Source: Phaeosaccion multiseriatum (taxonomy: Eukaryota > Protista > Ochrophyta, other classes). From it: DNA of 64,000 nucleotides. The notes below the pieces were generated by a model. That model was not told where the DNA came from and did no database searches. It saw nothing but the letters and a program-made list of their open reading frames with translations. This document shows positions 38,125-50,261 of this stretch, in pieces. The stretch covers positions 5,084,001-5,148,000 of the forward strand of contig OZ218951.1 in assembly GCA_965112735.1 (NCBI GenBank). Reading direction: 5' to 3'. How positions within the stretch are numbered: the stretch's first letter is position 1; each line of letters begins with the position of its first letter. Made by a program: the position numbers and the translations under genes.

Positions 38125-38535
38125 TCCAGGACTCACTCCATACCCCCCCCACACCCAGTCCATACCCCCCCCACACACCCAGTCAAGCGGACATGAGTGC
38201 GTGCGTCAAGGAATGGACTCACGGGGAGGGGCTCAACAGTCGTAGAGGATTTCAAGAAAGTAAAAAAAAACCCAAAAAACTGAAGCATAAGGGGCTTAGC
38301 TTTGTGTACTTCACACACGAGTCTGTCTGTAAGGAGTAAACCGAAACCGCCCCTATAGCTTTATCACTCTCCCCTTCATATGTATAACTGGAAGTTGTGC
38401 TTGATTGAAAAAAGGGCGACTCAGATTCTGGAGTCGCAATGTCCTGAGTGGCAAGTCTCTCCCCGTGAGTCCCTTCCTTCGTCCTTGATGCACGCAACCA
38501 TATGAGCTTGACTGGGTGTGGAGTGACGCCTGGAA
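38125..38535. repeat. Imperfect inverted repeat (MITE/foldback-like) between convergent genes
   Basis: cacccagtcaagc...tgcgtgcgtcaagga...ggactcacggggag (38175-38228) is matched in reverse complement at ~38458-38520. Confidence 0.5.
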
Positions 38536-38674
38536 CGAGGTCCGATTCATACATTAATACCCATCCATCTTATCCGTCTGTCTGTCGGCCCTGACGCCCT
38601 TGCTGTACTTGAGAGAATAAGGCACGTCCTTCGGTCCTCGCCTTCCCCCTCCTTCATCGTAACTGCCTTTGCCT

Positions 38675-41600
38675 TTACTTCCCTCTCGAGGTGCAAAAGT
38701 TCTCGTGCTGTAGCCTGGCCCTCCTGTCTCGGAGCGTCTTGCCACAGTAGGCGCAGGGCTGGGCCTTGGTCTCTCCCGGCCCCTCCGGCTTCAAATTGGC
38801 GCTGTGCTTCAGGTACGCACCCTCGTTGGCGAAGGAGTAGCCACAGATGGCACAGTAGCGCCGTCCCTCCCGCCCCTCTCCCTCTCCCGTGCTACTCCTG
38901 CTGGTGAGGCTTACCCTCTCCTCCTCGGGGTGCTGCGGCTGTACCACCAACTGCTGTGGGCTCTCCCCATCGACGTCGACGTATATGCTGCCCCGCTGCT
39001 CCCCCCCCTCCTTCTCGTTGGCCCCAAACCAGTCCGGAGTGATGTCCGTGCAAGGCCCTTGGTGCTTGGCTACGATGTGCTGGACTAAGCTTCGAGCGTT
39101 TCCGAAACGGCGCTTGCAGTACTTGCATTCGAACTCATGGTTGGCCTTTCCCACGGCTTTTCTCTCTCCTTCTTGTCCTTCTTGCCCTTCTTGCCCCTCT
39201 TGCCCTTCTCTTCCTCCTCCTCCTCCTCCTCCTCCTCCTCCTCCTCCTCCTCCGCCAGCCGACGAATATGAAAGGGGCAGCGAGGAGGCCTCTCCCCCTT
39301 CTTCTCCTCCCGACGCTCTTTGGGTCTCGCCCGTCATCCCTGTGCCTGCGATTTTGAGTGGTGCGTTCCCCCCGGTGCGTTCAGTCCCACCACCACCACC
39401 ACCACGACCACCACCACCACCACCACCACCACAAGTCGCGGCAGTCGGCGATACAGCACCAGTAGGACCTGTAGCAGCAGCAGTCGCAGTCGCCTCTCCC
39501 TCTCGACGTGTACTGCCATTCCTGCTCGGCTCTCCCTCTCTCATCTGTACGAGCTTGAGCTCATGCACCTCCCGTGTGTGGCCCCTCAGCCCCTGCTCCG
39601 TCCTGAACGACCGCTCACACTGCCGGCACCTGTATGCATGCTGCTGTATCGCCAACGGCTGCTGTTGCTGCTGTTGTCGCTCCTGATTGAGGCTGACCCC
39701 ATTCGTGGATTCTGCTTCTCCTTCTCCTCCTCCCCCCCCCCCTCCTACACGCGGCTTCTCCCGTGTACATGCGCGCTTCGCGTCCTCCTCACGCCCCTTT
39801 GCGGTGACCCCTCCAATAACCTCCGCCCCTGCCGCTGCTTCCCCATCAACCACCCACGGAACAACGCAGCGTGAACGTGAACATCGTGCAGCAGTTGGTG
39901 ATACAGCAACAGCCCATCGACCGCCTCGACCCGCTCCCTCACCCCCACCCTCCGCCCCTGCCCCCCCCGCTGCTTCTCCTCCTGCAGCTGGTGCTGTACC
40001 ACCAACTGTTGCTGCTGCTGCTGCTATGACTGACCCCTCTTCATCAGCCTCGCGGCAGAGAGAGAAGGTGACACTCCTCGTTTGCCTCCTTCTGAAAGAC
40101 CCTCCGCTCTGATGCCTTTTGCACAGATAGCCGTGTCTCACGAGAGCGTGGGAGGGAAACTCCGTACTCCCAACCTTGGACACATATGGCAGACAGCAGA
40201 GAGCAAAGGTATATAACAGGGAGGAGCAGCAGCAGTACCGAGCAGGTAGGTAGGAGTTAGCAACAGAGAGGGAAGCAGGGGGGGACAGAAGAGACTAGGG
40301 AAGAGTTTGAGTGTGAGGAAAGGCGCAGCAGCGCTGTCTCTCTTCCTTTCTTCCTTCCTGCCTGCCTGTCTGCTTGCCTCAATCCGTACCACCAAGGTCC
40401 GCTCCGCAAAGACTCGCTCCTGCTGTCCTCACCATACTATGTGCCTCCAAATCCTCCTCCCCTCCCCCAATCCTCCCATATGCCTCCAACCCCCCCTCCA
40501 TCTTTCTCCTATATGCCTCCAAATTCTCTCGTCTCCCTCCCTTCGTCCCACCCTCCCTCCCACCACACCCACCTGCCGCAGCCCCTGCCGAGCGGCCTGC
40601 GCGTGTAGCCTCCACCCCTGGGGCTGCGCGTCCGCCAGACTCACGTGAACGAGCCCCCCGGGGGCCAGCAGCGGCGCCTGACTCGCACTGCACATGTACG
40701 TGTGTTTATGCGTGGACAGGGTATGGATCACCAACACGCAGAGGTAGGTATGCAGTAAGCAGAGTAAGGATGGAGACAGAGAGGGAGGGAGGGAGGGAGG
40801 GAGGGAGGGGAGGTGAGAGAGACATCCATGAGGGACGGGGGTGGGAGTGGGAGTGAGTGGGTTGGGAGTGAGGGGAGGAAGGGACAATGAGCAAGGAGCA
40901 GAGAAGTACGTGTGTGGCTTGGAGAGAGGGAAGGGCGGGGCATTCCTCGGACGATACATGCAGGGTTACACGGCGGCTGGGCATCAATGGGGCGAGAGAG
41001 GGAAGGGAGGACATACACAATGAGGAGAAGACAAGGATCAAGGCCTGTTCGCTCAGCCCCCTATCTCTCCCTGTCTGTCTCTGTCTCTGTCCCTCTCTCG
41101 CTTTTTGTTCTTCTCTGTCTGCCTCTCCCTCTCTTTCTCTCTCCCCTCCTCCCAATCTCTCTGTCTGTCCGTCTGTCTCTCTGCCTGTCTACCCCCCTTT
41201 TTTGTGTCTCTCTCTGCCTCTCACGCCTATCTCTCTGTCTCTCTCTTATGCTCTATCTTCATACCTCTGTCTCCCTTTCTCTCTCCCTCCCCCACCCACC
41301 TGTGCAGAAAGTGTGCCAGGAGAGAGCTGTGCCTGTGCACGTCTTCTGTGCCAGAGTGGGGGTGGTGAAACACAACGTGGTCGAAGGGCCTCTCCTCCCG
41401 CAGTAGCCGCAGTAGAACTTCCTCCTCCTCCTCGTTCCTGGTGCTGCTGCTACCGCTGCTGCTGCTGCCCGTCCTCTTGTCGCCTCCCCCCACCCCTCCA
41501 ACTGCTGCTTCTCCCTCTCCCTTCAGAATCTTTGGGGCTTGTCCCGTGGTGTCTTGGCCCTGCTGTAGCTGCTTCTGCTCCCCGTGTATTTTCTCCCTTC

Positions 41601-42048
41601 CGTGCTGCTGCTGCTGCTGCACCCCTCCTAATGGCGCTTCATCGCTTCGCAACGCAGCCCAGCTCAAATCGGTGGCATCCACAGAGAATCTAACGATAAC
41701 ACCAAGAGCTCGCAGCTTTGGGAGCATATGCACACACTCAGGGTACTTTTTGACCAGCTCTTCTCGGCTATCGTAACACGAGGCCACCAGCAGGACATTG
41801 CCTCCAAGGGAGGTGGACGAGGAGGAGGTGTGGTGTGGAGAGACAAGCCGACGACATAACCTCCTCCTCTTCTTTCCGGCGCTTCGGTCCACGGAGATTC
41901 CGCCTCCTCCCTTGCCTGTTGCAGCAGCGGCGTTCCGCAGTGCTTGGTCCCGTGCCTCCAAAATCATTTGCGCAAAAGCGAGAGTGAAGCTGAAGTTGCC
42001 CTCCCCCACGCAAAGGACGCGGACTAAGCCCCTCTCCCCTTGCTCCAT
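38675..42048 (-). CDS. BMT5/DUF2431-like rRNA (uridine-N3) methyltransferase domain plus multiple C2H2 zinc fingers, 3 exons
   Basis: RVLCVGEGNFSFT, SCYDSREELVKKYP, FSVDATDL, FDHVVFHHPH, LAPGGLVHVSL. Fingers include CRQCERSFRTEQGLRGHTREVH and CKYCKRRFGNARSLVQHIVAKH. Confidence 0.85.
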
Positions 42049-42469
42049 GATATTGAGGAGGTCCCAGAGGGAGAGGGGGTAGGGGGTTGCAAGAGGAAGG
42101 GGTCGGATTGACTTTTTTTTCTTTTTCTCGTTTTCTGGCTTTGAACGTGTTAGTTCTCCAATTTTTCTCGTGGCCACTTCCACAATCGCATCGATTTTCG
42201 GATCGACACCAGTTTCGATGCGATTTACGTTACAAGCTCGCCGCTACCCCTATGTTTAGGGGTATGCCGGTCACGGTCATGATCTTCCCATTCAAATCCA
42301 TGGCGGGGAAGTGGGAAATCTGGATGAGAAAACAGGGAGGACAGCGTCGATAGCGCACGGGAAGCACATCACTGGATGCAGCGTGCTTAGGGCTTTAAGA
42401 ATGCTCTCTGTGACCTTTCTCCTGCTCATCATCTTCAGGTGGCAAAACGCCCTCCAAGCGAAAATTGAA

Positions 42470-44744
42470 ATGGCCACTCCGGGGCGTCCTCACCACCTCC
42501 GGTACCTGGATCGATGTACTTTCAAGCATGCAGAAACGCCCTGCGGCAAGAAGACAAGAGTGACACTGACTGTCGCACCCAGTGGAACCAGGAAGGAGCA
42601 GAAGCGCTATGGCAGCGTGTGCTCTAAGGAGCACGTCCAGGAGACGGAGGATGAACTTCTTGCGGAACGAATGGAACAGGCCAACATCAAGACGCCGCCG
42701 GCAAAGAGGAGCGAGATACAGCATCGGTGGGCTTCGCTGGTGAAGGGGTCCAAGTATTACTTTCCCAAGGGTGTATCAGAGTCCGCAGCGAAGAAGAGGA
42801 AGCTCCGAGACGGCGATTGGGGGGAGGAGGGTCCAGCTGAGGATACGGCCGGCATGCTCTTCACAGAGGCCGCAAGAAAAGCAGAGAAGCTGCGGAGGCG
42901 AGGGAGAGGCAAGAGGCAGTAAGCAAGAAAGCAGAGGGTCTTGCGGAGAAGCGCACAGCCCTAGAAACGGCGAGGCCGAGATGCAGCCTCAGAAGCGGAG
43001 CAGGGGTCGGGTGACGCAGCAGCACAGCAGCAGGAGCAAAGCCTTTCTTCTGCGACCAGGTGGAGTACTACGAGGGCGACGCCGAGCTTGCTGCGCTTCA
43101 CTACGGGCTGTGCACCTACAAGGCGGCTTGTGTGAAGGGAGCCTGTGACGACTGCAAGCCCGGCGTGAAGGGTATCCCCCATTGTGAGTACAGCGACGGA
43201 AACTACACGCACACGGTGCAGGTGATAGAGTGGGCGCCAGTGGTGACAAAAGAAGGGAAGAAGCACGACCGGCAGAACGTGGTTGTGGAGATGACTGTGG
43301 CCGAGCTGTCTAGGAGGGCCGAGCAGTTCCTCCGGCAGAGGTACATCCAGCATCATGTCGCGACGAAGGTGCAGAGGCTTGCTGCCGAGGTGACTCTGAA
43401 GCGACTCAAGCCCCATCAGATCATAATGGGGGTGGACTTTTCGGAGAAGCATAAGCTCCGCGGTACGTCAGAGCAAGAGGGGCGCCCACTTCTCTCCCCT
43501 CCCGTCCTCCCCCCACCCTTCCTCCCTCCTCTCCCCCCCCCCCTGCTCCCTCCTTTTCCTTCCTAATGTATTCGTGTGTTTCTCTCCTGCTCTCCCTTTC
43601 ATCAGGCGCGTTCTCTGTGACCTGCGGCACATGTCCGTCCGCGACGCTCATGATTTGCTACGTGCACTGCCGCCCCAGGATGTGGGGGGGGAAGCCCGTC
43701 CATGACGTGCACGCTCAGATTTTCATCTCCGACGACTCCCTTCAAGACCAAGCCTTCCATGAGCACTGCTGCAGCCTCATGCATCAGGAGTACAAGGGAT
43801 ACTTCAAAAATCACGGCCTCAAGCTGAAGGAGTGGATCAACGTCACTGACGGGTGCGCCAAGCAGTACAAGGGCGCAAAGAACTTCGCCTTCGTTGCCTC
43901 CTGTCTCAAGTTGTGGGGGGTGAAGATGACGCACATGTTCCACACCACCTCGCATGGTAAGGGGCCCCACGATGGGCTTGGGGGTACCATCAAGGCCATG
44001 GCATCGAGGAGGACGGACATGGGGGAGAGGGTGATGAACTCGGCGAAGGACTTTGCCGCCTTCGTGACTGAGATGTTTGACACCACCGCCCAGCCAATGT
44101 CGGACGAAGACTACTTTGGAAAGGGCTGGACACCTTTCACAGCCCGGATGACCCGTGTGAGGTTTATTGCCGCCGGCAGCATTCAGCGGGAGGACGTGAA
44201 CATCAAGGGCATCCAGGGCACCCAGAGTATATACCACTACGAGGGCGATGTGGAGAAGGGTGGCTTCGTTTCGGAGGCCACGATTGGAGCGTTCCATCAA
44301 GGCCAGGACTATGATGTTGCGTACCCACTTCATGTTCGCACGATGAGCTGTAGCTGCACCCCCTGCAGCAAGGGCGAGTACGAGGACTGCTTCGCCGCGA
44401 AGAATGGGCAAGGCGACCTGTTTGGGGGGGAGCCAAAGCTTGTGTACCTGTACCAGTCTATAGTGGGAGACAAGGGCCCGCTTCTCACTCGGGCCAGTGT
44501 AGTCGCGATGAACCGGCCTACATTGGAGTCTTGCTGCGCACGGGAAGGGATTAAGTACTCGAAAGGGACCCTCAAGCAGGGGCTGGTGCAGCTCCTGTTG
44601 GCGCGCCTTGCGTCCCGCGAAGCACCCGCGGAGCAGCCTGTGACGCCCGTTGTAGAGCCTTCGGCACCCCCAACACCTCCCACCACCCCTGCTGTCCTCT
44701 CTAGCCCGCCCCCGGCCGCTCCAGACACTGCTGTCATGATATAA
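42470..44744 (+). mobile_element. Sola-superfamily (Sola2-like) DDD transposase, spliced; 5' part disrupted; SAP/HeH-like C-terminal segment
   Basis: Cys cluster CVKGACDDC and triad motifs MGVDFSEK, VTDGCAKQYK, TSHGKGPHDGLGGTIK, followed by GIQGTQSIYH and SCSCTPC. Phase-consistent intron at ~43463-43604. Stops at 42920 and 43012 separate the N-terminal ORF. Confidence 0.75.
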
Positions 44745-44864
44745 TTGACATAAATCTCACAGAAATTTTACTTTTAGTGCTTTTAATTGACATAAATATT
44801 ACTTTTAGTGTTTTCAATATTTCTCCCAACCCCCCTTTTCTCCCTCGCCCTTCGTTTCTCGGCA

Positions 44865-45399
44865 GTGCTGCGAACCGGACGACAGCTCTTCTTGTAGAGG
44901 GCATCCTTGCGCAGATTCTGACCTACCACACACCTTCGTACACCTTTCTGGCCAAGAGTTACGAGCTTTGGAAGCTGGGGCAGAGCAGCGATTGTGGAAG
45001 TGGCCTCGTGTCCTTGAAGAAGATGAAGGGAGAGCATTGGTGCCTACCTTTCCAGCCGTCGCCGAGTGGCAAGGCAGTGCTGGTGGCCAATCGGCCAGCA
45101 GGAGTCGGAAGCAGTTTCCTCTGAGGCTCAATTGGGCGTGGACGGTGTGGAAGGGGCAGGGTCAGACCATGAGGGGCAACAAGTTGAGGGCAAGGCATGA
45201 GGGGCAAGATGGTTCTCGTTCCGGGCACACAGGAGAAGACGTTTGGCCTCACCTACGTGGCTATCTCCAGAGCCACCAATATCGACAGTATTGGCATCTA
45301 AAAGAGAAGCGGCTCGGAATTGTTATGGGTGGCAAGGCGTTAGACAAACGGATCGAAGAGGAGCACGCGGCTTCGGGGGCTTCAGGAGCGGACGCTTGA
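44865..45399 (+). mobile_element. PIF1-family helicase C-terminal relic (Helitron-like), frameshifted
   Basis: RKQFPLRLNWAWTVWKGQGQTM (motif V) and, after a catgaggggcaa duplication that shifts the frame, KMVLVPGTQEKTFGLTYVAISRATNIDSIGI (motif VI). Confidence 0.75.
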
Positions 45400-45469
45400 G
45401 AGGGTCAGAGGGAGGAGGGTGGTGCAACCAGTGGTGCAACCAGGGTGGGAGGGTTATAAGTGTGAGAGG

Positions 45470-46112
45470 GAGCAGCCGCTGCTGCTGCTGCTGTTGTCAC
45501 CATCTCTTCCCCTCTTCTTTGCCGGCTCAATTTGCTGCTCAGGGCCCACATTCTCGTGCCCCGACTCCAACCCCTCCTCCTCCACATTGTCATCATCCGC
45601 CCCTTCGCCGTTGCCCCCCCCCCCCCCCCGCTGCGACTACAGCAGCCGCTGCTGCTGTTGTTGCCAGCTCTTCCCCTCTTCTTTGGGGGCTCACTTCGCT
45701 GCTCTCCCGCCCCAACCTCTTCCCTCCTCCTTTTCCTCGTGCTCCACCCCCTCACCACCTCCCAGGGGTACTCGAAATATGTATGTATGACGTCATATAT
45801 ACAAATTTCGAGTACCCTTGGGAGGTGGTGAGGAGGGGAGCACGAGGAAAAGGAGGAGGGAAGAGGCTGGGGGGAGGGAGCAGCAAAGTGAGCCACCAAA
45901 GAAGGCAGGAAGAGCGGGCGACAACAGCAGTAGCAGCAGCGGCAGCTGTAGTCGCAGCGGGGGCGGGGGCAATGGCGAAGGGGCGGATGATGACAATGGG
46001 GAGGAGGAGGGGGTGGAGTCGGGGCACGAGGATATGGGCCCTGAGCAGCAAATTGAGCCGCCGAAGAAGAGGGGAAGAGATGGTGACAACAGAGGCAGCA
46101 GTAGCGGCAGCT
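45470..46112. repeat. ~640-bp imperfect palindrome with no spacer
   Basis: Centre atgac|gtcat at 45791/45792. The ~320-bp arms are reverse-complementary (e.g. ggctcaatttgctgctcagggccca vs tgggccctgagcagcaaattgagcc). Confidence 0.9.
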
Positions 46113-46474
46113 GTAGTCGCAGCGGGGGCCGGGGTAACGGCGAAGGGAAGGATGAGGAGGAGGGGGAAGACGAACAGGCTGAAGATTTCGACCCCTTTTT
46201 TTTCGAGGTACGTGCGAATGTAAGGGACTACAGTGTGTTCGTGTGCTCTTGCTTTTTTCATCTTTTTTCTCCCTCCTCCCCTTTTCCTCCTTGTATTGCT
46301 CTCTTCCTTCCTTTCCTTCTCCTCTTTCCCTTTGGCTGACTCCTATCCATCCGCTCCTCCGATCCCTCCTTGTTGTACCGTCCTGTCTCAGCTAAGTCGC
46401 GAACCCGAGAAGCTGTTGAAGAAACTGGAGAAAACCTGCGCAGAAGTCGCAAGTCGCACCAAAAGCACAATGAT

Positions 46475-46723
46475 ACGCCCCACAGTAGGAGAACGTGGCG
46501 TCTTGCTCATCGACATGTGAGTCGCGATCCTTGTGCCGCTGGTACAAGGATATAGCCGCCTGCGCTTAAGTCAGAAAGCGACCAACTCGAATGCATTGAC
46601 GTAAGGAGGATGTTGGTCGCTCTCAGATCTATGCGCGTGCGGCTATATCCTTGTACCAGCGGCACAAGAATCGCGACTCACATGTCGATGAGCAAGACGC
46701 CACGTTCTCCTACTGTGGGGCGT
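46475..46723. repeat. Long hairpin: ~85-bp near-perfect arms extending imperfectly to ~112 bp, ~25-nt loop
   Basis: 46475-46559 is the reverse complement of 46639-46723 with one mismatch. The inner arms, ending in agcgaccaac / gttggtcgct, also pair. Confidence 0.9.
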
Positions 46724-47084
46724 TGGGCATCCCCGCTGGGGTGGTGGAGGAGCTCGTGCTGGGCAGCAGCAGCAGCCAAGGTGTGCCGTCTCATGCATTC
46801 CTGTTCCCGGGGGAGGAAGGCGCTAAGGCGAGGGAGGCGCAGCTCAGGAATGCCGAAGGAAAGGTCATTCGAGAGGCTCCTCCACAGCCACGGAGTGGGC
46901 CGGACTCCGCCACAGAAGCTGCTCTACACAAGCTCCACCGCGACGTAGAGGAGGAGGAGGAGGGGAAGGAGAAGCTCCTGGATTGGCGGAACATTTCTCC
47001 GGAATCCAAGGCCAGCACGCGAGCGCTCTTTCAGCAAGCGGCCGCCCTAGTGGGGGGGGCTGCAGCGCCGGGACAGTATGAGTC

Positions 47085-47280
47085 CCCCCCCAAGCAGCTT
47101 AGTACTTACTGTACCCCCCCACTCACTCACGAAACAGCCTTACCTCTGGAGACTTGTTCCTTCTCACCAAGTGCAGAATGAGCCACCCCTCAACGGATGC
47201 AAAAAGGATTATGTCTCCAGAGGTAAGGCTGTTTCGTGAGTGAGTGGGGGGTAAAGCAAGTACTAAGCTGCTTGGGGGGG
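47085..47280. repeat. Hairpin: ~68-bp arms, ~59-nt loop
   Basis: 47085-47153 is reverse-complementary to 47213-47280 with few mismatches. Confidence 0.9.
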
Positions 47281-48196
47281 AAGGGGGGGGGGGGGGAAGC
47301 GGGGGCGTGGCGTGGCGTGGCGTGGCGGGGAATCCAAGTTCAAAGTAGTTTGTTACGAGCAAGGTATCACGTCACATTTGTTATTTGCTCACTGGCCCTC
47401 GCTTTCAGGGCTGCCAAACGCCGCACGTGTCTAGATGTAAGGCTGCATATCTTAGTATGTGTGTTAAAAATTAAAAAAAAATCGTAACAAGTCATAATGA
47501 CGATCTCTTGTTACTGCTCGTCTTGTCTCTGTGTGTGTCGTGTAGGTGGAGGGCTAGCTTGGGGCTTGCTTGGCGGCCCACTCCATGCGAGGTTAGTTTT
47601 TTACTGGTATTACAAAGGGGAGGAGGGAGGGCAGAGGGCGGAGGCACACACCGAGAGACAAGAGAGACAGAGAAGGCACCCCAGGGACTGCACTGACAGT
47701 GAAAGGGCGCGGCCTATATTACGTCAAGGCCGCTCTTCGCACACAGCCAAGGCATTCAAGGGAAGAGGGCCTCGGGGAATTTCGTTGTGTTGAAGCTCCA
47801 CGTGTGTGAGGCGTCAGAGGAGAGGAGGAGGGAGGGGCGGGCGGAGCCTCAAAGGGAACCGAAAGGACTCAGCCTCAAAGGGAGGCAGAAAACCGGCAGA
47901 GAAGGCCCTCGCCCAGTGTGTTGTTGCTCCTTTCCCTGTTTGACGTTGCGTTTTTCTTCGAGAACAATCCCCTCGAAGCTCTTTATTGGCGTTCAAAGAC
48001 GAGCACGCGAGCTCTCCCAAAGCTCCTACCACTCACACCAGCCTTCCTCGAGCGTCCCTTTCCCCTTGGTCCTCCTGCCCACCCCACAGCCCCTCACGCT
48101 GGCGTCCCATTCTTCGTGAGCACATCGCTCTCTACGTCATCCACACCGCCGGTGAGATACGCCCCTTCCATCATGCCATGAGAGGCGCCCCTTCCA

Positions 48197-49934
48197 TCAT
48201 GCCATCTCCTCCGCCACCTCCTGCAGCACCTCAGGGCTGACCTCTCTCTGCGACACCTTCAGCCTCCCTTCCTTGCCAAAGAGAAGGTCAGTGCCTCGCA
48301 TCAGGTCCAACGCGCTCTGTGACGCAAAGTGCTGCCTGTCCGCGGCCAGAAGGAACTCGATCGCTCCTACATCGCTATCAGCCCGCGCTTGAGTCAGAGC
48401 CTTTGAAAGTGAGGCCCCTCCTGACAGCAGCCCCAGCGCCGCCCCGCTGTGGCCCCGCTGTGCTGCACACGAGACAGGCGTTCCACCGTTGTGAGTGCCC
48501 TCATTGTCAGGATCAGCCCCCGCAGACAGCAGCACACGGATCACTGCCTCATCGTCCTTCGCAGCAGCACACATCAAAGCTGTGTACCCCTGAGTAGACA
48601 GCATCTCCACATCGGCACCTCCTGAGATGAGTTCCTCCACGACATGAGCACGGCCATCTAAAGCTGCCAAGTGTATCGCCCCCCACCCGTCGCCACCAAT
48701 CGCATTCACCTCTGCCCCAGCCCTCACCAGCTTCCGCACAATGCTTCTGTGTCCTTTCATAGACGCTGCCATCAACGCTGTTCTCCCACACTCATCGCTA
48801 CGGCTGTCGAGGTCAGCACCGGCTGCGATGAGCTGCTCCACCACAAGCCCATGCCCGTATTGGCTCGCGATAAAGAGCGGAAGAAGGGACCACTTGCGGG
48901 TTGCCAAATTAGCATTTGACCCCGAGGTGAGCAGCAGCTGTGTGACCCTGTGGTGTCCTGCCATTGCGGCCACCATCAAGGGAGTTTTGCCGTCAACATT
49001 TCTGTCATCCATGTGGTCAGGATCAGCGCCGGCCGACAACAGCTGCTGGACCACCGCATCATGCCCGTTCTGGGAGGCAATGAACAAGGCTGTTAAGCCT
49101 TCCGACTCTGCTTTGTCGACCTCCGCGCCGGCGGAGAGCAGCTGCTGGACTACCCTTTCATATCCTCTAAGTGAGGCTTGATGGAGCGCCGTCATCGCCC
49201 TCATATCTACCCGGTCCACCTCTGCACCGGCCGACAGAAGCTGCTGCACCACTGCATGATGGTCCTTCGCGGAGGCGAGCAGCAATGCCGTAGCGCCAGC
49301 ACCGTCAGCCATGTCCACGGCGGCGCCCGCAGAGAGCAGCTTGTGCACCAGCACAACGGCCCCTTCCGAGGAGGCCCCCATGAGAGCCGTATAGCCATCT
49401 CTCATTACTGCATTGACGTCAGCACCAGCAGAGAGGAGCTGCTGTACGACAGCAGCATCCTCATACAAGCATGCAACAATCAACGCACTCGCGCCACGTG
49501 CAGGCTCTGCAGCATTCGGCGACGCCCCCTCTTGCAGCAGAAGAGCAACGATATCACCCCTCTTCTCTCTCACCGAGAGGTGTAGGGCAAGACACCCTAT
49601 CCCGATAATGGACTCGTCCAAGCATGACCTCCTCCCGCCGTTCTTAGCCACGAGGGCCCCCACCGCCGCTTGCACCCTTTGGATGCTCTGGCCACTGGTG
49701 ATGGCTTGATAGAGGCGGGTGGCCTGCCACAAAGAGAAGGAACGAGAGAGGAAGAGGGAGAAATGGGGAAGGGGGGTGGGGGCCTCTTTGAGTGAGCCGT
49801 TCCGGTCGATGGAAGGAGGTTCATGAGTATATTGAGGAGATGGGAGGAAGAGAAGAGAAAGGGGGAGAATGCGTCTTTCCCCTCCCTCCCCTCATCCTCC
49901 TTTCCCCTACCTCGCTGCTGCACGCTCGTTGCAT
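48197..49934 (-). CDS. Ankyrin-repeat family member ANK-3 (micro-exon MQRACSSE plus long exon)
   Basis: Exon 49934-49911 with donor gtaggg, acceptor cag before 49723, ORF to 48197. Family N-cap and C-tail present. Confidence 0.92.
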
Positions 49935-50261
49935 GGATAAAGTGGTGCTGTAGACGCTTGTAGCAGGGGAGGGAGGAGGCCTGGGAAAAGGAGTAGGATC
50001 GGAGTAGCTAGGGGAAGGATACTGGGGAAGAGAAGAGAAAGTCCCACCCTATCCATAAGGCAATGAACCATTTACCATTTTTTATTTTTTTGTTTTTTGT
50101 CTCCTTCCCTTTCCTTTGCTCACAAACACTACTATCCTCTCCTTGTATGGTGGGAGAAGAAGCAGCAGCTGCTCGCAACAGCGAAGTCCGCAACCAGTCT
50201 CTGTGCTCCCTTCCAAGGGAGATCCAGTTAAGGAGAGCAAAGAGGCTCCAGCGTGGGATTT

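Noticed and set aside
42184-42225. Small hairpin aatcgcatcga...tcgatgcgatt as a transposon terminus
   Set aside because: I found no matching end or TSD on the other side of the transposase; it may be just a promoter feature.
47497-48119. Identical short ORFs at 47.5-48.1 and 51.8-52.4 kb as conserved genes
   Set aside because: The identity holds in all frames, so it reflects DNA duplication rather than protein conservation.
48160-48205. Short duplication spanning the ANK-3 stop codon as a TSD
   Set aside because: It is a local tandem duplication with no intervening element, and the protein is unaffected.
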